Of a stretch of DNA of 64,000 nucleotides, positions 9,440-17,986 are shown piece by piece; position 1 is the stretch's first letter, and each line of letters begins with the position of its first letter. The position numbers and the translations under genes are program-made. Source of the stretch: Minisyncoccota bacterium (GTDB lineage: Bacteria; Patescibacteriota; Minisyncoccia; UBA6257; GWB1-50-10); the NCBI GenBank assembly GCA_041917695.1, contig JAYRXE010000037.1, positions 370,582-434,581 of the forward strand, read 5' to 3'. The notes beneath the pieces are model-generated. The model searched no databases and was not told the origin of the DNA. It worked only from the letters and a program-made list of their open reading frames with translations.

Positions 9440-9669
9440 ACCTCCTCTAGACATCACTGATGCATCTTCTCGGGATGAAGAGGGAAAATGGGTTTCCAAT
9501 CTTTAATCCTTTTCATCTGTCAGTAGACGGACTAGCCTCCCATTCAGAATTATCACGTAGTACAAGGCAGGGATTTAGCGCTTTCATTCATTCAGGCTTT
9601 ATGGCCAATTGCCGAACGTGAAAGTACTAAAGGCAACATACCTCCGTTGTGGCAATCATGTCAACAGAT

Positions 9670-10125
9670 TTATTTAAGTTCGAGAACGGTCTTAAAATTC
9701 CCTCGAAAACCGGGGTTTTCAGCATCCCCTTCCTCAATATCCCCCTTCTTCACGACAAGCTTCCCATTTTCCTTAAATACGCCGAGCTCCGAACCACCCC
9801 CGGCAAACCAGCAGATTGCGCCGGAAAGCTCTCCTTCGGAAAGGCCCCATGCGGACGCGGCGATTTCAAAACAGGAACCTTCGTATTCCCCGAGCGGATA
9901 TGTCTTCCCATTGGTTTCGAGAATAACTCTCGTGTGCGGAACCGGCCCCGCACGCTCGGTGTCCTCGAATTTCCACGCATATTCCCGGGCATCGTCTGCC
10001 GTGAATGTTGACGTAGGCGTCCCGGTTTCGCTCGTCGGTGCGGAAGCGGGGCGGTTCATGGACGTGATGAAGACTGCGGCGCCGATTGCGAGCACCGCCA
10101 AAGCTCCGATAAGGATTTTGCTCAT
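9670..10125 (-). CDS. hypothetical secreted protein
   Basis: MSKILIGALAVLAIGAAVFITS signal anchor, then a Thr/Ser-rich linker; no family recognised. The + ORFs 9647-10132 are antisense artefacts. Confidence 0.5.
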   Translation of the reverse strand: MSKILIGALAVLAIGAAVFITSMNRPASAPTSETGTPTSTFTADDAREYAWKFEDTERAGPVPHTRVILETNGKTYPLGEYEGSCFEIAASAWGLSEGELSGAICWFAGGGSELGVFKENGKLVVKKGDIEEGDAENPGFRGNFKTVLELK

Positions 10126-10184
10126 AGGTTAATCATAGCAAAGAAAAAGAGGCTTAGAGCCTCTTTCCGTTTTTTGGTGCGATA

Positions 10185-10580
10185 TTACTTTGCATTCGGA
10201 TCTGTCTGGTGAACTCCAAAGGTGTTTCCCTCCGTATCGAGGAAATATCCCTGCCATGCCATCCCTACCAGAGCGTATTTGGGCATTGCAACTTTTCCTC
10301 CCGCTTCTTCGATCTTTTTTGCTATTTCATCGAAATTGTCTACCTGCACGGTGCAGACAAACGCATTCGCTCCCTGTTCCGGCTTTGGCGCGGGACAGGG
10401 CCTCACCAAAAGACCGCCGTTGATGCCCGGCTCGGTGCTCCCTTTTTCCGCAGTCATCACCATCCAATAGGGATTCTCTCCCCATTTCTCGAACGACCAG
10501 CCGAACACGTCGGTATAAAACTTCATCGCGCGCTCGGTGTTTTCCGCCTGTATCTCAAAATGGACAATTCTGTTTTTCAT
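10185..10580 (-). CDS. VOC family protein (glyoxalase/bleomycin-resistance fold)
   Basis: MKNRIVHFEIQAENTERAMKFYTDVFGW...GGKVAMP...GNTFGVHQ is a typical ~130-aa single-module VOC protein. Confidence 0.8.
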   Translation of the reverse strand: MKNRIVHFEIQAENTERAMKFYTDVFGWSFEKWGENPYWMVMTAEKGSTEPGINGGLLVRPCPAPKPEQGANAFVCTVQVDNFDEIAKKIEEAGGKVAMPKYALVGMAWQGYFLDTEGNTFGVHQTDPNAK

Positions 10581-10611
10581 ATTGGTATTCCTCTCATACT
10601 ACCACATCCGC

Positions 10612-11727
10612 CTACGCGTCCTTTCCGATGGCTTCCGAAACGTTTGAAAATCCGTCTTTTTTAAGAAGTCGGGGAAGCTCCGCATTGATGGACGCGACAA
10701 GTTGGGGGCCTTCGTAGATGAGCCCCGTGATGAGCTGAACTGCCGTTGCGCCCAGGCGTATTTTTTTATACGCGTCTTCCGCGTTAAATACTCCTCCGCA
10801 ACCGATAACGACGAGCCGTTTCCCATATTCGCGATATGCCAACCGGATAAGTTCATTCGAACGCTCCTCTGTCGGTTTGCCGCTGAAATTCCCTTTTGGA
10901 TACCGCGCAACTTCTTTCGGATCGAGAGACGGGTGATTCCTATCCTTCTGAAGATTGCCGAAGATCACTCCTGACACGGGAAACTCGATGACCGCCGTAA
11001 GCATTCCGCGAACTTCTTCATCGGACTTATCTATCGGCATTTTAATAAAAAGCGGCCGAGAGAGATTCAACGCAGTTACTTTCTTAAGAAGTTCACTCAA
11101 GTGAAGTGGCTCATAAAACTCAACGCTCCCGTGCAAATTCGGGCAACTGATATTCAGCTCGTAATACGCGAACGGAACGGTGGAAATCTCCGCTTCTTTG
11201 AATGCCGAAAGAATGTCCTCGACTGCTTCGTTTTGGGTCATCCCCTCTTTATTGGTCTTTCCGACGCTCAAGCCTACGGGGAAGTCAAAACGGCTAAGTT
11301 TTAGGCGGGTAAGGATGGCGCGAATCCCGGGGTTCTTGAATCCCTTGTTCACCATAAGCGATCGGGATTTCACCAGCCGTCCGAGGCGTGGCGGCTCGTT
11401 TCCCTCATAGGGATTGTTAGTAATAGTCCCAATAGTCTCGAATCCAAAGCCAAGGGCGGGCAAAAACTGGGTGAGGCGTGCTTCATAGTCGAATCCGGCG
11501 GCGAGCCCGATGGGGCTGGCAAAATGAACGCCGCAGATTTCCTGCTCCAAGCTTTTTGCAGGGCGTCCAAAGAGAGCCTTAAAAATAGTTTTCCGCAGGC
11601 GGCTTTTGCCGAGCATTTCTCCCACCGCCGTCATCCGTTCGTGGATTTTCTCTGAGTTCGTAAGAAAAAGAACCGGACGCAAAAACCGGTAGAGATCGTT
11701 GCACGCAGATAGGAAAAGCCTTCTCAT
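10612..11727 (-). CDS. pyrD: dihydroorotate dehydrogenase (quinone), class 2
   Basis: ASPIGLAAGFD, NKGFKN, GLSVGKTN, ELNISCPN, IFGNLQKDR, GKP, IGCGGV are the hallmark PyrD class-2 motifs, with an N-terminal membrane-association extension. Confidence 0.9.
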   Translation of the reverse strand: MRRLFLSACNDLYRFLRPVLFLTNSEKIHERMTAVGEMLGKSRLRKTIFKALFGRPAKSLEQEICGVHFASPIGLAAGFDYEARLTQFLPALGFGFETIGTITNNPYEGNEPPRLGRLVKSRSLMVNKGFKNPGIRAILTRLKLSRFDFPVGLSVGKTNKEGMTQNEAVEDILSAFKEAEISTVPFAYYELNISCPNLHGSVEFYEPLHLSELLKKVTALNLSRPLFIKMPIDKSDEEVRGMLTAVIEFPVSGVIFGNLQKDRNHPSLDPKEVARYPKGNFSGKPTEERSNELIRLAYREYGKRLVVIGCGGVFNAEDAYKKIRLGATAVQLITGLIYEGPQLVASINAELPRLLKKDGFSNVSEAIGKDA

Positions 11728-11757
11728 GGAACGCCTATAGTATACACCCGCCGGGCT

Positions 11758-12183
11758 TTATGACGTCCAGATTTTTTTGCCGTCAGGCGTTTTCCAATCG
11801 GTAAAGCGCCACCAAGTCGGCACGAATTTAAAATAGACCGTCTCGGGATCTTTCGGATGCTCCTCCTTATCCGGGAATTTTCCGAAATATGTCTTTTCGA
11901 AAAGGCCTTCTTCGGCCTCAGCCACCACGCTCGCCTCTCCGTCCATTTGAAGCGTTTTCATATTGCTTTCATCGGAACCGATCACGAATGACGCCCGTGT
12001 TTTTTCCTTGCCGAAAAGCGGTTCGCATTTCCGGTAATTCCGATCAGTTTCGAAGTAAAAAACGAGCGGTTCCTCCGTATGGGCGAAATGAATGGTCGCA
12101 CCATGCGGCGAGCCATCAAGCATTTCGACGGCGAGCACGCCCACCCGCTGGCTTTTGATATATTCCAGTATGTTTTCTTGCAT
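11758..12183 (-). CDS. pyridoxamine 5'-phosphate oxidase family (FMN-binding split-barrel) protein
   Basis: MQENILEYIKSQRVGVLAV...GATIHFA... is a PNPOx-like general stress protein 26 type N-terminus, ~140 aa. Confidence 0.65.
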   Translation of the reverse strand: MQENILEYIKSQRVGVLAVEMLDGSPHGATIHFAHTEEPLVFYFETDRNYRKCEPLFGKEKTRASFVIGSDESNMKTLQMDGEASVVAEAEEGLFEKTYFGKFPDKEEHPKDPETVYFKFVPTWWRFTDWKTPDGKKIWTS

Positions 12184-12197
12184 GCTCTTCTTATACC

Positions 12198-12614
12198 CTA
12201 TTCCGACACAAGCTCAAGGGTGTCCGCTTGAAGTGTTGACCCTTCGGAGAACGTGCCGTAGGCTCGAATCTTTTTTCCGATCAAATCTTGCACGGCATTG
12301 CTTATCCGAAAGGTGAGCAGCATCGAAAAGACGTTCCCATAGACGGCTCCGGGCGTTTCGATATCCAAAAAGAACCTGCCTCCATCTTGCCGGAGATGCC
12401 CCACGTATGATTCCGCGGTGTTCGGGCAGGGAGAAAACCTGCACTCAGGGCCCGCACGCCCCACTCCGGAACCGTCGGGACACAGGAGAGCTTCTTCAGT
12501 GCACCCGTGTGAAGGCGGGTTTGGTTTCACCGGCGAAAACCCTCCAAACTCCATGGTAAGAAATGCCGCCACTACAACTGCGATACCGACACCAAGTTTT
12601 ACATTTTCAGACAT
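12198..12614 (-). CDS. hypothetical membrane-anchored Cys-containing protein
   Basis: N-terminal TM (GVGIAVVVAAFL) and five Cys in the soluble part; no family recognised. Confidence 0.4.
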   Translation of the reverse strand: MSENVKLGVGIAVVVAAFLTMEFGGFSPVKPNPPSHGCTEEALLCPDGSGVGRAGPECRFSPCPNTAESYVGHLRQDGGRFFLDIETPGAVYGNVFSMLLTFRISNAVQDLIGKKIRAYGTFSEGSTLQADTLELVSE

Positions 12615-12616
12615 AG

Positions 12617-13033
12617 TTAAAAAGCCATAAGAAAGGCTCCGAGGGCGACCATAAGCGCACCAACCGCTTTTTGCCAGGTCATCGCCTCGCTCAAGAAGAG
12701 CACGGCAAGAATGAAGGCGAAGATGACGCTCGTACGATCGATGGCCACGACTCCCGTCACGGTGCCCGACTTCACCGCAAAAAAGTAAAAAAGCCAGGAG
12801 AGCGCACCGGCGATGCCGGAGAGCGCGATAAAGGTAAGCGCCTTGCTATTGAGATTTTGCATAAAAGAAAATTTTCCCAAGCCCCATGAGACGGCGACTA
12901 GAAACACCGCCATCACTATGGCGCGAAGCGCCGTGGCAAGCGTGGAATCAATCCCCTTCAGGCCGATCTTCCCAAATACGGCAACGAGCGCCGCAAATAC
13001 CGCCGAAAGGAGGGCATAAATACTCCAGTGCAT
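12617..13033 (-). CDS. EamA-like (DMT superfamily) transporter, single 4-TM module
   Basis: Hydrophobic 4-5 helix protein resembling a half-size EamA domain. Start moved to internal ATG 13033 (MHWSIYALLSA). Confidence 0.5.
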   Translation of the reverse strand: MHWSIYALLSAVFAALVAVFGKIGLKGIDSTLATALRAIVMAVFLVAVSWGLGKFSFMQNLNSKALTFIALSGIAGALSWLFYFFAVKSGTVTGVVAIDRTSVIFAFILAVLFLSEAMTWQKAVGALMVALGAFLMAF

Positions 13034-13034
13034 A

Positions 13035-13199
13035 TTACATCTGAAGGAATCCGAAAAGATTGTACATAAGCATCGCCGGCCAAATGAGAGCCTTCCCAAT
13101 CCCCACAACCCCAGCCCAAAAACCGATAGCATGCTGGAGATAGTAGATTCCCGCACCGATAACTCCCAAGCCGTATACCATGCCAGAACCTTTATTCAT
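13035..13199 (-). CDS. possible 54-aa two-helix membrane peptide immediately upstream of EamA gene
   Basis: Own translation: MNKGSGMVYGLGVIGAGIYYLQHAIGFWAGVVGIGKALIWPAMLMYNLFGFLQM. Below the ORF-track size cutoff. Could alternatively be the frameshifted N-terminal half of a full-length EamA. Confidence 0.25.
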   Translation of the reverse strand: MNKGSGMVYGLGVIGAGIYYLQHAIGFWAGVVGIGKALIWPAMLMYNLFGFLQM

Positions 13200-13314
13200 G
13201 CTTTTATTTTAGCAGGTCGGCACTTCATTTCCCTTTTCAAATACGAATTGACGCCTCTCGGTGAACTATGATAAAGCTAGTGTAGAATTTATTAACTTAA
13301 AAAGGAGGTGGAAT

Positions 13315-13782
13315 ATGACTGAAGGAATGACTGCAGAATATGTTTTGGAAACCCCAAAAAAATTATATGAATTCTTGAAAGGCAAGTTTGGAGCAACGGG
13401 GAAAATCTCAAAATTTACTGATAGAAGTAAACGTGAATGGGTTTTTCAGGATATAAAGTTTCCCAAGGCCGGTGATCGAGCTATGGATGAGTTGACATGC
13501 TTTATTGGACTCTCGCCTAATGCGCCAATTGATGAAGGCTACGAATTCAAGTTATGGCAAAGGGCCCCTGATGACACCACTCTTGGAATAAGTGAATCAT
13601 TGTCTCTGATTTACGTAAAAAGCCAAGTAAAGGATATCGTTGGGCCAGTTTCTAATCTAAGCATGCTCATTCGCGCAGAGATTTTTATTCCTGGATTGAG
13701 TAATTACTCCTCTCTCATTACGGTCCTCATTGCGATAAACGAATTTCTGCTTCAAAGCAGTGAAAAGTCCCTTGCTAGTTAA
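13315..13782 (+). CDS. hypothetical protein in AT-rich segment
   Basis: Canonical RBS aaaaggaggtggaat before ATG 13315 (MTEGMTAEYV). Low GC relative to flanks. Hairpin terminator follows. Confidence 0.5.
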   Translation: MTEGMTAEYVLETPKKLYEFLKGKFGATGKISKFTDRSKREWVFQDIKFPKAGDRAMDELTCFIGLSPNAPIDEGYEFKLWQRAPDDTTLGISESLSLIYVKSQVKDIVGPVSNLSMLIRAEIFIPGLSNYSSLITVLIAINEFLLQSSEKSLAS

Positions 13783-13806
13783 CCCGCCAATGGCGGGTTT
13801 ATTTTT
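13783..13806 (+). terminator. rho-independent terminator
   Basis: cccgcca-a-tggcggg followed by tttattttt. Confidence 0.7.
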
Positions 13807-13891
13807 GGCAATATTAATTTGCAATTTTTGACATACTTCTCCTTTTAATGCATGATACGCTTAGAATTATTAACCTATATAGGAGGCTTAT

Positions 13892-14062
13892 ATGCTTCTA
13901 CTCCAGTATTTTCTGTTATTCCTGCCGCAAGACTTAACTGAGGGAGACTTCATTTTTCTTGAAAAAGTCTGCGGGACCATGCTTGGCCTTTTTGTACTAT
14001 TTATTATTTTTATGGCGCTGGCCAGCCGCGGGGAAGATCCGCGAGATACCGATTGGGATTAG
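13892..14062 (+). CDS. small hydrophobic peptide (56 aa), hypothetical
   Basis: Perfect RBS aggaggcttat then ATG. Own translation: MLLLQYFLLFLPQDLTEGDFIFLEKVCGTMLGLFVLFIIFMALASRGEDPRDTDWD. A TTGACA element lies 60 bp upstream. Confidence 0.3.
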   Translation: MLLLQYFLLFLPQDLTEGDFIFLEKVCGTMLGLFVLFIIFMALASRGEDPRDTDWD

Positions 14063-14090
14063 TTTTCTTACATTAGGGCTTCGGCCCTAT

Positions 14091-14549
14091 TTATTTTTCC
14101 ATGAAAGCCTTCCAATCGATCTTCCAGCTCCCCCGCTGAACCATCTTGTCATTCGTCTCACTCGCAAACTTCGGGTAAATGTGGAGATGGAAATGCGCTA
14201 GCGAGGGCTTCGCCCTGCCGTCGTATCTCGATCGCCATGCGAAGAAAAACTGGTCGCCAAAACGCGATGAAGCGCTCACAATCCCCTTTGCCCGATAATG
14301 AGTTTCGATATGCTTTATTGCCAATTTAAGCTCGCTAAGCTCGGCAGCTCTCAATTCCGTGAATTCCGTTACATGGCGCTTACTCACCAATAGCGTGTGA
14401 TATTTCCGATACGGGAAGGCCGCAAAATACCATCCCCAATGTCTGAATTTTTTGATGAGGAGCGAATCCCTGTCACTGCAGAAAGCGCAGACCCCCTTGA
14501 GGCTTTTTAAATGCTTAGCGTATTCCTTCCGAGGTAAGGGATGTTTCAT
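14091..14549 (-). CDS. HIT family protein (histidine triad hydrolase/transferase)
   Basis: HFHLHIYP histidine-triad motif near the C-terminus and CAFC N-terminal zinc-like motif. Confidence 0.75.
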   Translation of the reverse strand: MKHPLPRKEYAKHLKSLKGVCAFCSDRDSLLIKKFRHWGWYFAAFPYRKYHTLLVSKRHVTEFTELRAAELSELKLAIKHIETHYRAKGIVSASSRFGDQFFFAWRSRYDGRAKPSLAHFHLHIYPKFASETNDKMVQRGSWKIDWKAFMEK

Positions 14550-14644
14550 GGAGCTCCAATTCTTCCATATTTAGATTCTATACTTTCCTCCGTGGCCATG
14601 AAATCCCCGCCCTTCGCATTGCCACGTTTTGCTAATATAAAATT

Positions 14645-15133
14645 ATGGAACGCAAGGCGGGCTTTTTCCGAAACTTCGTATTTGGGGTTGAAGATAGCTT
14701 AGTCTCTACCGTCGGCCTCCTTTCCGGCGTTGCCGCGGCGGGCACCAGCGCGTGGACAACGTTCACCACCGGCGTTATCCTCATCTTCGTCGAAGCATTC
14801 TCTATGGCGATCGGAAGCTATCTTTCCGAAAATTCCGCGCAAGAGTTTGTTGAGCATAGGCAGGAACCTCTCGGCCAATCAGTGCCTAATTCGCTCATCA
14901 TGTTCTTTTCGTATTTTATTTCGGGATTCGTCCCGCTTTTCCCGTACCTCTTTTTTGACGCTTCCCGCGCCCTGCCTATTTCAGTCGGCGCGTCGCTCAT
15001 TGCCTTGCTTGCCCTCGGTTTCGGAAGTGCAAGGCTTTCCAAGACAAGCGTTTGGAAGGGCGTGTTGCGCATGATGCTTCTTGGCGGAACCGCCATTGCC
15101 CTCGGCATCAGCGTAGGACTTATTTTAAAGTAA
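14645..15133 (+). CDS. VIT1/CCC1 family (DUF125) membrane protein
   Basis: FGVEDSLVSTVGLLSGVAAAG signature of the VIT1/CCC1 iron/manganese transporter family, followed by TM helices. Confidence 0.65.
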   Translation: MERKAGFFRNFVFGVEDSLVSTVGLLSGVAAAGTSAWTTFTTGVILIFVEAFSMAIGSYLSENSAQEFVEHRQEPLGQSVPNSLIMFFSYFISGFVPLFPYLFFDASRALPISVGASLIALLALGFGSARLSKTSVWKGVLRMMLLGGTAIALGISVGLILK

Positions 15134-15281
15134 GCTCCCACTGAGAGTCAGTTTCAAACTCTCCATCTCTCTAGAATTGGGCACAAATCATCTACTCAAT
15201 GGCTTGTTTGACGCATCAAAAAAATGCGCCTATGGTTTTAAATAGAATTTCTACAAATTTAACAACTTTTTGGAGGTGGAA

Positions 15282-15710
15282 ATGAAACACTCAACAAAAG
15301 AGCTTTTAGTTGCAATTGTTGCAGTTATTGCAGGTGGAATCGGATTATCACTCTTTGCTTTAAACTATCCCCGTCCCCTTGGTGTAGGCACCATTATCGC
15401 ATTTGTGATTTGCATCGCCGTGCTCGGATGGTGCATGTATAAAATGGAAAAATTAGTATATAGCGAAGGAGAGGTAAGGAAGGAAAATTCGAAAAAAGAC
15501 TCACAGGATGGAAGTGACAAAAAATTGCCTCAGCTTAGAAATTTCTTAAGGAAAGTTCAACAGGCATTCTGCAAACACAATTATGAATTAGCAGAACCAA
15601 TGGATTGGCCTGTATTTGAAGAAGGAACTTCCTATAATCTTATTAGGAAACACGCCTGCTCTCATTGCGGGCATGAGGCTTATCTCGGAACCGGCTGGAT
15701 ATTAGGATAA
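15282..15710 (+). CDS. hypothetical membrane protein with C-terminal CxxC...CxHC pattern
   Basis: RBS ggaggtgga then ATG 15282 (MKHSTKEL). Two TM helices, then a soluble tail with CKHN...CSHCGHE. Confidence 0.4.
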   Translation: MKHSTKELLVAIVAVIAGGIGLSLFALNYPRPLGVGTIIAFVICIAVLGWCMYKMEKLVYSEGEVRKENSKKDSQDGSDKKLPQLRNFLRKVQQAFCKHNYELAEPMDWPVFEEGTSYNLIRKHACSHCGHEAYLGTGWILG

Positions 15711-15799
15711 TTTTTCAAAAATCACCCCATGCAGGGTGATTTTTATTTGCCCACCTTTCCAATTGGAATAGAAATTCTAAGGCCGCTATAATTGAAACG

Positions 15800-16327
15800 A
15801 TGTATGGAAGACTCAGCGATATTTTGAGGAAGATATCGCCTTATTTGAAGAAGGAGGACAGGATAATAGATATCGGCTGCGGTAGCTGCGAAGTCTGTAA
15901 GCATCTGCAGAATGATGGATACGCCGTTACCCCCGTCGATGTCAAAAATAGGAGCTTTTTTCGAAATATAAAGCCGATCATCTATGACGGGAAGAAATTG
16001 CCATTTCCCGACAATTCCTTCGATGTATCGCTCCTCATAACGGTTTTGCACCACACTCAAGATCCCGTGGCGGTTTTAAGCGAGGCGAAACGCGTTTCGA
16101 AGCGCATTATCGTAATGGAAGATCTTTACCAAGGTAAGGCTCAAAAGTACCTGACCTTTGCAATGGACAGCATTCTTAACCTTGAGTTCTTTGGCCATCC
16201 GCATACGAATATGACCAAGGAGGAATGGGAGCATCTTTTCAAGGAATTGAAATTAACAAAGAAAAGTGAAAATATACACGATTTCTGGAAATTCTTTACG
16301 AGCGGCACTTTCTATCTTGTTAAGTAG
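15800..16327 (+). CDS. class I SAM-dependent methyltransferase
   Basis: IIDIGCGSCE (motif I), PFPDNSFDVSLL (post I/II), LSEAKRVSKRIIV (motif III). Confidence 0.75.
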   Translation: MYGRLSDILRKISPYLKKEDRIIDIGCGSCEVCKHLQNDGYAVTPVDVKNRSFFRNIKPIIYDGKKLPFPDNSFDVSLLITVLHHTQDPVAVLSEAKRVSKRIIVMEDLYQGKAQKYLTFAMDSILNLEFFGHPHTNMTKEEWEHLFKELKLTKKSENIHDFWKFFTSGTFYLVK

Positions 16328-16365
16328 ATGAATAAATAGGCAAGCCGGTGAGCTTGCCTATAAAA

Positions 16366-17583
16366 CTAGTTTTCCTGGGTCGCGGAAACCATTTCCCGCC
16401 TTTCTTTCTCGACACTTCTTTTATACGAATGGTAGCTCCATATACCGACAATGAGGGAGAGACCTCCCAGCATAATCAGCGCACTCAGCAAATCCGAGCG
16501 CTGCAAGAGGAACCCGAACCCTGCCATCCCAACTATCGCCACCAAGCTGGACGATGATGACTGCACCGAAAGGACGGTTGCACGGATATCGCTCTGAATA
16601 TGTCGGTTCACGTAGTCACCCACGAACGGGCGCATAAATCCGCGGCTTACGTTTTGTATCAGCACGAGGTACGCGAAAGGCCATATAGGCACAAGCCCCA
16701 TCAGAAGGATCGGCACGGCCACGCAGAGAATCAGGCCAAGCACGCTTCTCCGCTCCCCGATAAGGGCTTCTAGCTTGTAAGCATAGTGGCTGAAAAACCA
16801 CGCCACGATGTTTAACAGGAAGAAAATGACGCCATATTGGTAGATCGCGATGCCAACAAACTCAAAATACGGATTGTACGTAAAGAACCATAGCTTTGAG
16901 GTGGTGCCGATAAGGGCCGCGAATCCCAACATCCACCGCACCGCCCTAGAGCGAAATGCGAATGTGGCGCCCCGTTTCAAGGTTTCGAGCTGCCGCTGCA
17001 CGGAATAATGCTCAACCCGCGCCGGCTCTTTCCAGAAGAACGTAGCAACAAGCGGCACAAGGGTAAACGGCAGACTAAGGTACAGCGGAAGCCGGAGGCT
17101 GATATCTGCCAGGAAACCGGTCGCAAGCGAACAGAACGCAATAAGGAACATCCGCAGTCCGATAGCCTTCCCCTCTATCCTTTTGTATTCGTTTTCCCTC
17201 TTCGCTTCCTTCAGCGTATCGTAGAGAAACGCAGAATCTGCCCCCGACTGCATTGAGAAACCGACAGCCCAGAGAATATTGCCGATCCACGCTTCAAGCG
17301 GATTCGCCATCGTTGCAAAAAAGTAGATACTCCCCAAAAGGAAGACTCTCCCAATGCTGATTGTCTTCTTTCTTCCCAAAATGTCGGCTAATGCGCCCAT
17401 CGGTATTTCAAGGCACACCAGTACCCCAATCACCACCGATTCCATGAGGTAGATCTCAGCCAGCGACATAAAGGCCAGTTTTTGAAGAGATGTGATGAGA
17501 ATGGGGCCCCAAAAAAGCGGCTCGTTAAAAATCGCATACAGCTGGTACAGCAGGATATTTCGTTTGTATTCGGTGTCTTTCAT
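16366..17583 (-). CDS. MFS transporter
   Basis: 12 predicted TM helices and GRKKTISIGR between TM2 and TM3, an MFS motif-A-like loop. Confidence 0.8.
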   Translation of the reverse strand: MKDTEYKRNILLYQLYAIFNEPLFWGPILITSLQKLAFMSLAEIYLMESVVIGVLVCLEIPMGALADILGRKKTISIGRVFLLGSIYFFATMANPLEAWIGNILWAVGFSMQSGADSAFLYDTLKEAKRENEYKRIEGKAIGLRMFLIAFCSLATGFLADISLRLPLYLSLPFTLVPLVATFFWKEPARVEHYSVQRQLETLKRGATFAFRSRAVRWMLGFAALIGTTSKLWFFTYNPYFEFVGIAIYQYGVIFFLLNIVAWFFSHYAYKLEALIGERRSVLGLILCVAVPILLMGLVPIWPFAYLVLIQNVSRGFMRPFVGDYVNRHIQSDIRATVLSVQSSSSSLVAIVGMAGFGFLLQRSDLLSALIMLGGLSLIVGIWSYHSYKRSVEKERREMVSATQEN

Positions 17584-17621
17584 TGCTGAAATCCTTTCTT
17601 ATTAAGTTGTTAAATAATTTT

Positions 17622-17659
17622 CTGAATAAAAAACCTCGGCTTTCTATCCAGCCGAGGTT
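17622..17659 (-). terminator. rho-independent terminator (minus strand) after kinase/GNAT operon
   Basis: On minus strand: aacctcggct-ggatagaa-agccgaggtt followed by ttttttatt. Confidence 0.65.
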
Positions 17660-17986
17660 TCTCTAAGTGATTTTTCGTATTGTTTAAGCGGTCCTACAAA
17701 AATCACGGCTGAATACAAAGCGATTGGTGTGATTCGTCCAAATGGAAAAAGACACCCCAAGTTTCGGCGTTGCGTAGCACGTATTCATGTGATTTTTGTT
17801 CAACTCTTTCATGCGTATATGATACATATATTGTGCATTTTGTCAATTTTTTTCGGCTTCTGAACTCTGCATTACTTGGCTGAGCATCTGGAATGGCCAA
17901 GCGAGGAAAAAGTGCAAAAACTACTATTCAAGAATGGTGGTTTTTCTATCGAGGGTTAGATACTTCACCCTAATAACTTCTTAATC

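Noticed and set aside
9100-9660. tmRNA (ssrA) hypothesis for the ORF-free region
   Set aside because: No tRNA-like T-arm (GGTTCGA.TCC) plus acceptor/CCA 3' end, no 5' GGGG...GATTCGAC acceptor pairing, and no tag-ORF ending in Ala-Ala-stop was found on either strand.
13959-14201. Track ORF 13959-14201 (+, TTG start)
   Set aside because: It overlaps the 3' end of the HIT gene on the opposite strand and lacks an RBS. The alternative 13892-14062 frame has a perfect AGGAGG RBS and ATG.
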